A DNA stretch of 64,000 nt from Octopus bimaculoides. Taxonomy: Eukaryota. This document shows, in pieces, positions 1 to 11,811 of the stretch. Made by a program: the position numbers and the translations under genes. The number at the start of each line of letters is the position of its first letter. Position 1 is the stretch's first letter. The notes beneath the pieces were generated by a model. That model did no database searches. It saw nothing but the letters and a program-made list of their open reading frames with translations, and was not told the DNA's origin. The stretch is taken from positions 28,896,028 through 28,960,027 of the forward strand of contig NC_068990.1 of assembly GCF_001194135.2 (NCBI RefSeq), read 5' to 3'.

Positions 1-256
1 TGTTCTTTTCAATGTTATCTCAAAAGAAATAAAAGTAGTAAAAGAGCCACAACTTTCAAACGGTACCTGGACAAATTCCTCCAGGAAATACCGGATAAAC
101 CACCTACACCTGGATACGTCTCAACCAACAACAACTCTCTCCTTGAGTGGTCCATGGTGTCCCGAAATAATTAACTGACGTTTGCAGGTGGTGCTATTGG
201 GTTAGTCATGGCCTAGGACGATAATGACCGAAACCAATCTAAGTTATCAAAAATAA
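1..256 (+). mobile_element. 3' end of a CR1-like non-LTR retrotransposon (ORF2 C-terminus plus short 3' UTR), truncated by the window edge
   Basis: Frame 1 reads FKRYLDKFLQEIPDKPPTPGYVSTNNNSLLEW...stop (TAA 172-174). Frame 2 upstream reads VLFNVISKEIK. This matches the LFN.LP..I / FK..LD.FL..IPD.P...GY....NSL C-terminal signature of invertebrate CR1-group ORF2, with one frameshift. Confidence 0.75.
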
Positions 257-951
257 TGTCTTATATGTAACATAATACCTAATATAGGAAATAATGACTC
301 ATCTATAGAATTATGCTTAATGATGTTTCATGTATATGAAATAATGCCAAATAATAAACATAATGACAGAAATAATACCTAGTACTCAGTGAAATAATGT
401 CCAGTGTCCAAAAGGTGATATGGTTACGATCGGAAAATCTTTCCCCTCATATAAGCGAGACTGCGGTTGATCTTAAAGCAGTAAAAATAGAAGAAAATAA
501 AACGTTTGTTAACGTTGATGTAAAACTAAAATATTTTGAGCGATTATGGTTCAGATACTCGTATCGCAACTCAGATTCGAACGCAACAACATAAAGTATA
601 ATCCAATTCTATATTTCTCCAGAACAGGAAACAAAACACCGTATGTCGTAAAGTCAGAAAACCACTCGAATATTCCTAAATTTGAGATGAGAAAAATCAG
701 TAACATTCGTTGCCTAAAGGAAGTCTGCGATAAGAAAATCCTAGCGCAATTATAACCATTATAGAAAAACAGCGAAACCATATAAAATTTAGATTAAGTA
801 GATCCGCAGACATAATTTGTGAGAAAGCTTAGAGAAACAACGGACTGTCGATCACCCAGCAATCAATAGAGGCAAAGGTCAAATCCTAACAATAAATTCT
901 TTGTTCTTAATTAAATTTCAAATTTCTTCATAAATCGGTAAAATGCTGATT

Positions 952-1005
<54 letters not shown>

Positions 1006-1596
1006 NNNNNNNNNNNNNNNNNNNNNNNNNNNNNNNNNNNNNNNNNNNNNNNNNNNNNNNNNNNNNNNNNNNNNNNNNNNNNNNNNNNNNNNNNNNNNNN
1101 NNNNNNNNNNNNNNNNNNNNNNNNNNNNNNNNNNNNNNNNNNNNNNNNNNNNNNNNNNNNNNNNNNNNNNNNNNNNNNNNNNNNNNNNNNNNNNNNNNNN
1201 NNNNNNNNNNNNNNNNNNNNNNNNNNNNNNNNNNNNNNNNNNNNNNNNNNNNNNNNNNNNNNNNNNNNNNNNNNNNNNNNNNNNNNNNNNNNNNNNNNNN
1301 NNNNNNNNNNNNNNNNNNNNNNNNNNNNNNNNNNNNNNNNNNNNNNNNNNNNNNNNNNNNNNNNNNNNNNNNNNNNNNNNNNNNNNNNNNNNNNNNNNNN
1401 NNNNNNNNNNNNNNNNNNNNNNNNNNNNNNNNNNNNNNNNNNNNNNNNNNNNNNNNNNNNNNNNNNNNNNNNNNNNNNNNNNNNNNNNNNNNNNNNNNNN
1501 NNNNNNNNNNNNNNNNNNNNNNNNNNNNNNNNNNNNNNNNNNNNNNNNNNNNNNNNNNNNNNNNNNNNNNNNNNNNNNNNNNNNNNNNNNNNNNNN
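1006..1596. other. Assembly gap between (TA)n tracts
   Basis: N run. Other gaps: 12444-13014, 13569-13942, 15103-15476, 17238-18181, 19639-20008, 21912-22096, 28778-29270, 49355-49995. All abut microsatellite on at least one side. Confidence 0.99.
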
Positions 1597-1627
<31 letters not shown>

Positions 1628-1695
1628 TTAATTAATGTTTGGCAGAAGCAAAAGTGTAACACAAGGGTTGAAAGTTGATCTAATTTCTGCCAAAT

Positions 1696-1905
1696 ATTGA
1701 TTTCAAATTTTGGCACAAGGCCAGCAATTTCGGCGCAGGAAGCAAGTCGATTACCACACTACTCAACTTGTACGTATTTTATCGACCCGAAAAGTATGAC
1801 AGGCAAAGTCCACTCCTGCAGAATTTGAACTCAGACCGTAAAGACAGACAGAATGCCGTGAAACATTTCCCCCGGCGTGCTAAACCTTCTGCCTGCTTGA
1901 CGCTA
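1696..1905 (-). mobile_element. tRNA-derived SINE, family A
   Basis: Reverse complement of the family A consensus (B box GAGTTCAAATTC, central GTCGATAAAAT..GTAC motif, CCTTGTGCCAAAATTTGAAA tail). Confidence 0.85.
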
Positions 1906-2168
1906 TTCTTCTGTTCTATATTTATGTATATATATATATATATTATATGTCTCGAGTTCATTTCTCTATCTTTAGGATGAGTTTATCTACTCCTACTCCG
2001 TTGATTTACGCCTAGAAATAAAAAATTCTTCAGAATGAGACTTGTGTTGGTTTACATATGCAGGTGTTATTAAATCATATGCCTTCTGGTGTAAATAAAT
2101 AAACGTCCTCAAAATATTACCATGAGCATTTTAAGCATAAATCAAAAACAATATTGATAATATTTGAC

Positions 2169-2338
2169 CTGTTGGCTCATATAAGCACGGACCACAAAAC
2201 AATTCTGTTCGCTGAGAGCATAAACAAAACCAGAGGCTTTGGCTAGGTTCAAAGTTCCCGCTGACGAGACACGTGTCAAAACACCGTGTCCCAGAACGCC
2301 GTGCGCCACTGAGACGAGTGTATTGAACACAATATTGT
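2169..2338 (-). CDS. Candidate internal exon, unknown product
   Basis: Acceptor CTTCTCCAGTTCAG, donor CAG|GTCAAA, open frame (D)NIVFNTLVSVAHGVLGHGVLTRVSSAGTLNLAKASGFVYALSEQNCFVVRAYMSQQ, and GC-richer than its flanks. No family recognised and the donor is weak. Confidence 0.25.
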
Positions 2339-3567
2339 CTGAACTGGAGAAGTTATTCTCCTAAGACATACACTACAGTGCCCAGCATATTATGCGTCGG
2401 AACTTGCCTATACGCGTTAAGAATTTAATATGCGAATATTCACCAAAATAGTATTAGTCAGCGCGTAGGAAGTGAAATGAACCAAGCCCTTGCTCCCGCA
2501 GTGCTATGATTTATATTTATTATCTCATAATTCAGAGATGAATAATCTACAAAAAGGAGCTTCATATGATTCATATAAACGTAACCTTGGAAACCATGAT
2601 TTGCTTAGGTTGCAGTTCCTGACCCCGAAACAGTTGTTTACACGACATAACTATTGATAGATACCATGGGAGAATTTAGTTCGATATTTCATCTCATAGA
2701 ATAATCACAGCTGAAGTGGGAATACTTTTACTATTTAATCAACAAATATTACATCAGATTATCTATGGTTGAGTTTAAATCTTGCCATAGTCATGGTCTT
2801 GGAGAACGTAATAGGAATCCATTCCTTTGATACGAAACATGAAAGGAAATCACCCAGTGAGGTGTGGAATATTGCCTCTGATGCTGTCTGGCTGTTAAAC
2901 AATCAACTATTGAAGCTAACCATTAATAATTAATAAATAAACAACCATTTAGATAACTAATAATTAGTTACATATTTCTATTTATTTCAATGTTGAACTG
3001 TTTCTATTCCAAGCATGACATATACGGAATGTATGTTTACAGTAACGGTAAACACAAATACACTGACGCAAACATACCCACATATACGCGCGTGCCGCAA
3101 ACAAACAAACACACACACTCACACAAAGGTTGCACGCATAAACACACACACTTCATACATCATACAAACAGATGTCTAGCATAAAAAAATAGTTGTTTAA
3201 TTCCAATACTACAACTCGTGAAAATATTTAGGAAAAGTACATATATAATTTTAAAATTAATTTATTTCGGAGTCTGGTTTGAACTTTCATTTGTATAAGG
3301 AATACTATTTATATATCAATTAAAACATGAAATAAGCTTTTTCCTTTCTTACTTTTTTTTTTTTGTCTTTCTCACTTCGAATATGCTATTTTCTATCTTC
3401 TGGTGAAAGTCTTAAGACCAAACCATTAAATTTTCTTCTCTTCCATTCTTTAAGCAATACACTATAGAATATTTCTTAAAAGAAGGTCCTCTAGTTTTAG
3501 CTTTTATTTTTGCATCTTTATTCAATACATATCTGTTCTATATATAAATGTATATATGTGTGTGTCT

Positions 3568-3600
<33 letters not shown>

Positions 3601-3748
3601 TGTGCATGTGTGTGTGTAAAATCAAATAAATAATAACAGACGGAGATAACTGTCAGTTCATTACCACAGGTTTATCAACTCTGCCTGGTGCATAGTATTT
3701 TCAGGTACCCGATTTTATCTGAATCCTTATTCTACTATACATACATGC

Positions 3749-3801
<53 letters not shown>

Positions 3802-5043
3802 TGTGTGTATATATACACACATACATAAATACATAAAATACATATATATACATATATACATATACACATAGTATACATATACGTACACATGTATATATAC
3901 ATGCATACGTACGTACATACATAATACATACAAACATACATATATGCATGTATACGCAGGTACATACGTACATAATTTAGGTGTATAGTAGATTGAAAAT
4001 GTATTTCACAAGTTACATAAGGATACTTGCGGTTTCAAGGAGCGTCCATTGAATGGGATAATAAAAAATACTAAGCTGGAACATAGGAAATTCATAAACG
4101 TATTCCAAGGAAAGTGATGACAAAGTAAATTGATGTTTTGGACTTTACTCCTCACCTCCCGCTGAGAACCGAGGAAAGTCACAAACTAACACGAATATTC
4201 CTGTAATAGAGATATATGTTGCACATTCGCAATACCAACACCACCACCACTCGCAAACAACAGTGAAGCAATAACAACAGCAACAACAACACTATAAGGT
4301 CTGTAGATAAAATATGGTCTTAAAGAAACTCTGGTTTCCAACTGATAAGGTAATTTAAGAACGCACACATATGTGTGTGTATATATGTGTATGTATGTAT
4401 GTATGTATGTATGTATGTACGTATGTATGTATGCATGTGTGTGTATGTATGTATGTGTGTGTATGTATGTATGTATGTATGTATGTGTGTGTGTATTGAA
4501 AAGCCAAAGATATATATTGGAGATAAAATAGAAACACGAAAAAGAAAGAATGTTTACAAAATACAGAAATGAAAAACGAAAAAAGCTCAATCAGCGGGAA
4601 TGGAAACATTAAAGTTAAAAGCATTCAGAAACACGAAGATAGATCTTCTAGAAATAAAACAAATACGATAAATGTAAAAAGAAGAAGGAAAAAAAAAAGA
4701 AACAGAAATTAAACCCTAAAATATTTAGAAAACACTGACCAATAAAATTTAAAAAAAAACAAAACGACAAAAATGAAAATATGAATAAGAGTGAGTTTGA
4801 AAACAATTTTAAAAAATAGAAAATGGTGACGATGGGTATACTTTATATGACCATGATCTGAAGGAGGAAATGGTTAGGAATATAAAATCGATAGAAAATA
4901 TTACAATACAACAAAGAATGTTACTGTCGATGATACACGTAAAATTTATGAAAATGCATGGTTTACAAAAATAGCGGTTGTAGTTATAATAAAAACCGAT
5001 ACGAACCTCAATGTCACCATGATTAAGAAAATAATATAGATAA

Positions 5044-5262
5044 TATTGGTTTCATATTTTTTCCCAAGGCCAGAATGTTCGGGTGGAAGTAAAAGGTTAC
5101 ATCCACCTCGTTTGCTCAACTGATACTTATTCTCTCGACTCCCGAAAGGATGAAAGGCAAAGTGGACCGCGGTGGAATTTGAACTCAGAACATAAAGACG
5201 GACGAAATTCCGCTAAGCATTTTTCCTGACGTGCTAAAGATTCAGCCAGCTCGTAGCCGCGT
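5044..5262 (-). mobile_element. SINE family A
   Basis: GAAAGGATGAAAGGCAAAGTGGACCGCGGTGGAATTTGAACTCAGAAC is the reverse complement of the family A core. Confidence 0.9.
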
Positions 5263-6449
5263 AAGTAATGTACATAATATCAATAGTAATCAAAAAAAAA
5301 AAAAGAAGTGTAAGTAGACCCTCTTGTTCGTTTACACAGGAAAAGCAGAGCGAATGCAAAGGAATAATGAGGAAATAGAGAATACATCAGGAAAGATAAA
5401 TAAACATTTCGCGAAATCATAGTTAAATACACACACACACATATGTATATGTGTGTCTATATATATGTATATGTATATGTATGTGTATATGTATGTACAT
5501 GTATGTGTGTGTATACAACCTTCAACAAAGTAACAGTCATGTATACAACTTGAACAGACACATATCAGTACATAAACATACGTTCACATGTACGTACACA
5601 TGTATACGCACACAGACACGTCTACACGGTTACCTAAATACTTACGTATATACTTACATACAAACATACATGCGTATAGGCATGCACACATGCATACGCA
5701 TGTACACATATGCATACGCACATACATGTACACATACATACAAACACAGATACATACACATATACATATATACATACATACATACATACGTACGTACGTA
5801 CATACATACATACATACATACAGACATACATACATACATATATCATGAACTAACTCTTACTTTCTGAGATGCAGCACAGAATTTTGTCAGTGAACAGGTC
5901 GCAGTCTCAATGTGACGAAAATATTTTGGCAAATTAAATTTAAATCTTGAACTGAATCTAATGGTTTTTGTGCGTATTTTTTAATGGCTTATAAACACCT
6001 TCCATGCTGCAATTGTTTTCTTTCCAGCACACGATCTCAGATCAGGACACTTGCTATGCAAGTACATCTCGGTGATGATTAAATATGGCTTAGAAAAAAC
6101 AAGGCGATGGAAATTCAAATATTAAAGAATTGTAACATGGAAAAATCAGCTTCATATGAAAGAACGCTTAAAAAGAGAGTTAATCCCTAATTTGCAAATA
6201 ATACAACGTTCCGTAAAATCGAGGTTCTTTAAAGAAAACAAGAAAATTGACTCTAAGCCGAAGATTTTATCATGAATACAATGAAATTAGCGATTACAGT
6301 GATGAAAACACGAATTAGCCATTAATAAACTGATAAAAATCGGTTAACTTCAATTAATCATTTATTGTTTGGTGTCAGAATATTTATCACATTATCTGCG
6401 ACAGGTCACCGACACAATTCCATTTCAACTGACCTAAGACAACGTTTTT

Positions 6450-6501
<52 letters not shown>

Positions 6502-6679
6502 CGCGTGCGCGCACGTGTGTGTGTGTGTCATTCAGCAATGTAGTGCAAAGAAAAAGATACATGGAAAATCAGAGGGTTTATTAATTGCTGGTAGGGACAC
6601 CGTATTTCGTTTTATAACCATAATATACTACCAAGAACATTGAAAGTTTGTAAGTCTATAGTTTCAGTTATATATTTAA

Positions 6680-6926
6680 GAGATAAAGAATTATGGCATA
6701 GTGGCTAAAAGCGCGGGCTACTAACCCTGAGATTCCGAGTTCGATTCCAAGCAGTGACCTTAATAATAATAATAATAATAATAACACCATGAAAAAATAC
6801 CTTAGGAATGAGAATCCAGGTTCGAAATTTTCCTAAGATAGGTGATGAAGGCTGGAGAGTGTTTCAGCCGAAACGTGTTAACAACAAACAAGATGAGGAC
6901 AAATATCCGTCAAATGTAAATAACGT
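6680..6926 (+). mobile_element. tRNA-headed SINE-like element with internal (AAT)n and a hammerhead-ribozyme-like 3' module (copy 1, complete head)
   Basis: A box TGGCATAGTGG (6694-6704), B box GTTCGATTCC (6739-6748), (AAT)n 6761-6783, then CCTTAGGAATGAGAATCCAGGTTCGAAATTT...GTGATGAAGGCTG..CAGCCGAAACGTGTTAAC. The 3' part is shared with the copies at 11552-11806 and 11812-12010. Confidence 0.85.
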
Positions 6927-8133
6927 CTATACTCTGTTCTACTTTTTGTGTTAGCAGTGCAATTTAATTACTTTTTCTATAGATTTCAGAGCCAGCACAG
7001 AAAGTTTCGATGCTTCGTGTATGAATACGTCTACGTAAACAATGCGACGGAAGATAGAAAAATAATTAATGGATGTATATACATTGGCCAACAGCTGCTC
7101 TTTTCTTAGAGCAGCTGCAATGGTACTTTGTGACTGACCACGTCGAAAAAAGAGTGCCGAAAAGTTTGATACCAAACAAAATAGTTTCAAGTGAAATTAG
7201 TAGTTTTTCGGGTTTTTTTAAATAACTAATATGTCATTCACGCTGTAACTACTTTCGTTTCGACCAACAGTCTTCGATCAAATTACTTGCCATGAAATTA
7301 TATCTCTGATATAACAATGAAAAGCGATGCATGTTGCTGCAACAAGAGTCCATAAGTTTTGCAGTGGCGTATGAAGCACACGTTGTAGATTGCGAATGAG
7401 AGTATTGAAAATAGCATGTGTAGAATGTGGGCAAGTCTTTCCGGCTGGAACAGCTCGTGCTGCTGTTGATAATACAATTACAGCAACGACGTTATCAGCA
7501 GCAGCACCAGGAAATAGGAGAACAGATATAAGCTCCAAAATCAATGCCGATATATGAAAAAGGGTTACCACCATTGAAATAATCATTTAGAGTCTCACTG
7601 CTAAAATGTATTATTAAGTATTTGTTAATCTTCGTTTAGTCTCCTCGACATATCTCTGCTTTCTTTTCTTTTGTCTAACAAGATATTAATGGTTTTAAAA
7701 ACGCTTTCAGTCTTCCTTGAAGGTTACCGATATCAAATTTTCAGAGACAGAAATTCACGTCAGTACGTTTGATAAATCTGTCTACTGTCTGTAAAATATA
7801 CAGCTGAGAATAAATTGAAGTCTACACACCGAATTTGCTGAGCTTGTATACCATACAGGAATAATGGGTGGAGAAAACGGATGGATGGATGGATGGATGG
7901 ATGGATAGATGAATATGTTAGTCAGAGCGAGTGTTGTTATATAAGTTGTGGGATCGTTCGGCAATTCCCTTTTGATCGTATTAGTAGGACGCTCAGCTAT
8001 TTATTCTCAACTATTTATTAGGTTAACTACATTAACCATGTTGGTGCTACAGTAGTCATGTGTAATTTGTAAAAAGAAGGGGAAAGTCACCCATTGTTGC
8101 TAGTATTGTACTTTAATATTACTTGGCTACCTA

Positions 8134-8348
8134 AAGGTGGAGAGCTGGTAGAATAGTTAGCATGCCGGGCAAAATGCCTAGAGGAATTTCATCCGTCTTT
8201 ACGTTCTGAGTTCAAAATTCAGCCGCGGTCGACTTTGCTTCTTATCGTTTCGGGGTCGATAAAATAAGTACCAATTGAGTACTGGGATCGATGCAATCGA
8301 CTTCACCCCTCCCCGGAAATTGCTGGCATTGTGCCGAAATTTGTAACC
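8134..8348 (+). mobile_element. SINE family A
   Basis: GAGCTGGTAGAATAGTTAGC...GAGTTCAAAATTC...GGGGTCGATAAAATAAGTACCA...TGTGCCGAAATTTG. Confidence 0.9.
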
Positions 8349-8374
8349 TAACGACGCCAACGGTGGTTCCATTA

Positions 8375-8660
8375 TGATGCGAATGATAATAATGACGATG
8401 ATGATCATTATCATGATCATGATGACCATCATTGTCATCATGATGATGATATTGAGGATAAAAAGGGGGAAAGGAAATTGGGGAGAAGGAGGAGAAAGAG
8501 TCGAAGAAGATGGTGACGATGCAAATACTGTTGATCAAAATATGATCACGACAACATCGACAACTTTGATGCTGGTGATAATATACGCTGATGCAGTTGT
8601 TGCTGGTGATGATGATGATGAGTATTGTTAGGATGCAGAAGATGAAGGAGATGATGATAT
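8375..8660. repeat. Degenerate (GAT)n low-complexity tract
   Basis: Interrupted ATG/GAT runs; this is the source of the M/D/I-rich spurious ORFs. Confidence 0.8.
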
Positions 8661-9289
8661 AAAGCAAGAATAATAAAGATATACAAGGATAAAAAAAAGC
8701 TTATGAAACAATATACTAACACAGATTGCTACGCTCGCAACAACGCAGTTTCATTGAAGCAGACGACAAATAAGAGCAATTGTAGCACTTACAACCACTA
8801 AAAAGAACAACAACGACTACTAATCCAACTACTAATACACCAATAATACAATAATTAAGAATACCAACAACAAAATGCAGACTTTGAAGTCGAATAGACT
8901 AGAAGCAACGAGAGCAACAACGAGTAGATTTACAAAAGTTAGTTAAGCCAAAGCGATATTACAGCAGGTAGACATAAGTATGTGAAGATGGTTATGAATT
9001 ATGTCTTTCATTGAAATCAAGTTAATTGTTAGCCATTGAACAAGGAGTTTCAATAATGGGTAGAGAGGTTAAACAAAATGGTTGCATTGTAATGGACTAC
9101 CGTTCGCAGAAGTGGAGAATAATGGCGTTTTCACGTAATAACACTTGAATACTTCTGTACAGGAAGTCTTTCTAAGCGGACGCGACTGTAAGTGAGTCAC
9201 AGCTCAGTAGGTGTATATATTTATTATGTGCGTGCGTGTGTGTGTGAATGTATGCTTTGATGTATGTTTTCATGTATGCATGTACATAT

Positions 9290-9338
<49 letters not shown>

Positions 9339-9628
9339 TATATGTATATATATATATACATATATAAATATAGGTATATATGAAGCATTCATATATAGAG
9401 AGAGATACATGTATAATTATACACACACATATATAAGAATATATTAATATAAGTTAACACATATCGAACGTTGCTTTCTCTATCTTGTATATATATAAAT
9501 AAACACACACAAATATGTATATGCATGTATACATATAGACAAATATATATATACACGTATATATATACACGCATAGGCACACACACATATAAACACGCAC
9601 CTGTGTGTATGCGTGTGTGTGTGTGCGC

Positions 9629-9662
<34 letters not shown>

Positions 9663-10624
9663 AAGAATTAAGGCTACCATTGGTTTCATGTTAGAAACAG
9701 TAGTAAAATATCCTAGTATCTTGCCAATTTCTCAAGCTGATCACACGCAAAAAAGTGTAGGTGTGTTCGCCTCCATTTTGGAAAACACAGACACGTTTAG
9801 TTTGCGGAGATTCTCATGAATTCTTGTGAATAAAATAATGAATGAAAGTACGTTACTCTCGTGTACCATTTTTGAGCGTTTGCCTCCCTTGAATTTTTCT
9901 TTTGGGCAAAGTTTTGCATGCCAATTTGTATGCATCATATTGCTTTCCTTCCGGATGTGGTGTTCCCAAAATTGTGTGCATTGGTAGTTCGTCACTGCGG
10001 CATATTTCTTCTGTGTGTGGAGTTTTTGTACTATGTGTGTTGCGATTTGATGCTCAGGAAAGAAATATCTGGGTGGATTTACCGTCGCAGACGGTGGCTC
10101 TTCTTTTGAAGTATTTGAGTGTAAATATTCCTTGTTTATGCAGGGAGAGAATATTTCATGCCTACTGTTTACGATGTTATCTGCTGATTGTATAATATCT
10201 TGTTTTTTAGTAATACAGACTTCACTTTTGGTACCCCGTCACGGGAATTCACGAGAATCTTCGCGAAATCAGTGAGGCTGTGTTTTCCTAACTAGAAGCG
10301 AATATCTTTCTTCGTGTGATCGGCTTGGAAAATTGTTAAGACACAAGGATATATTCCTACTTTTCTTAGCATGAAGAAAAGTAGGAAAATGCTAACCGTA
10401 ATACGAATTTATATCCGACACTGTGGTGCTAAACATACATTTTCATCGTTCGACATTTACGCACATATGTATATAGGAAGGGCATCCGACCATAGAAACA
10501 TGCAAAAACAGACATGGAGCCTGAGCAGCCCTTCAGTTGACCAGCTCTTAATAAACCGTACAACCCACATGAAATGATGATGATTTCCCTCTCTCTTTGT
10601 CTCTTTCTCTCTCTCCCTACCTTG

Positions 10625-10664
<40 letters not shown>

Positions 10665-10704
10665 CTCTCTCTCTCTCTCTCACTCACTCTCTGTATGTAT
10701 ATTT

Positions 10705-11080
10705 ATATATATGTTTTACGCAGCTCCGGCATGGGTTCATCTACATGGCAGAGATATACTTTTTACGTGACACCGACACCCTCGAGCCCGCGAGATTACT
10801 AACGATCAGCTGCAGAGTAGTACAGGGAACATGCTTGTGTGCAATGACGACCGTGTATCTTATTAGCTTGACACGTCTTCTGAAGCAGTGCAAACCGTCA
10901 GAAGTCTCGGTGAACTGTCTTCCTCTATGTTAGGCCTAACATCTGAAGATCCTTTCTCACTTATTACGCGTTCTCTCCACAATTAGGACTCGGCACATCT
11001 TTATGCAGCTGTCTTCATTTATAGACATAACATAACTGTGCCAGCGCAGTCTTCTTTCATACACGCTGCATCCCATAATA
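10705..11080 (-). mobile_element. RTE-clade LINE 3' end (C-terminus plus 3' UTR), decayed
   Basis: The minus strand reads [33 protein letters not shown] then VRKDLQMLGLT...FALLQKTCQANK. This matches the RRLRW.GHV.RM...DL..LGL C-terminus of RTE ORFs. Confidence 0.75.
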
Positions 11081-11084
11081 AGAC

Positions 11085-11126
11085 AGACAGAGAGACAGAT
11101 ACACGGATAGACAGACAGGCAGACAA

Positions 11127-11205
<79 letters not shown>

Positions 11206-11320
11206 GTCAGATAGACAGACGGACGGACGGGCGGACGGACGGGCGGACGGACGGGCGGACGGACGGATGGACGGACGGACGGATGGATAGATTGATGGAT
11301 GGATGCATGGATGGATGGAT
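11085..11320. repeat. Compound tetranucleotide microsatellite (GACA/GATA/GGAC/GGAT)
   Basis: Directly visible blocks of tetranucleotide units. Confidence 0.95.
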
Positions 11321-11551
11321 ACACATGAACAAGCTTCAATTGTTGGGATGTGTATTTCACTCTGACGGTGGTAAATATTAAAACGGACACTGTCACAGTC
11401 ACGCGCGCGTACGCACACATACACACACACATACACACACACACATGCATTATGCACGCACGTGCTCGTGTTTGAGCGTCCGAGATTATGTGTGAGAGAG
11501 AGAGGGGGGAGAGAAAAAGAGAGAAAGGGAGCTAGAAAGACATTAGTTTCT

Positions 11552-11689
11552 CATTATTTACATTATTTACCTTTGACGGATATTTGTTCTCATTTTGTGT
11601 GTTGTTAACACAACGCTTCGGCTGATATACCCTCCAGCCTTCATCAGGTGTCTTGGGGGAAATTTCGAAACTGGATTCTCATTCCTAAG

Positions 11690-11765
<76 letters not shown>

Positions 11766-11806
11766 CATCATCATCATTATTCAGGTCACTGCCTTGAATC
11801 AAACTC
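11552..11806 (-). mobile_element. Hammerhead-bearing (AAT)n SINE-like element, copy 2 (head truncated at the B box)
   Basis: The reverse complement reads GAGTTTGATTCAAGGCAGTGACC-(AAT)n-CCTTAGGAATGAGAATCCAG...GACAC CTGATGA A GGCTG GAGGGTATAT CAGCC GAAG CGTT GTGTT. Confidence 0.85.
11607..11652 (-). ncRNA. Minimal type-I hammerhead ribozyme motif (variant GAAG, probably impaired)
   Basis: Stem I GACAC/GTGTT, core CTGATGA, one extra A, perfect 5-bp stem II; GAAA is replaced by GAAG. Confidence 0.6.
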
Positions 11807-11811
11807 ATATT

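Noticed and set aside
6694-6755. Functional tRNA gene
   Set aside because: The acceptor and anticodon stems do not pair fully and the sequence runs into SINE body; it is a tRNA-derived head.
9700-10250. Possible decayed LINE or exon on the minus strand
   Set aside because: It looks coding-like but I recognise no motif; left unassigned.
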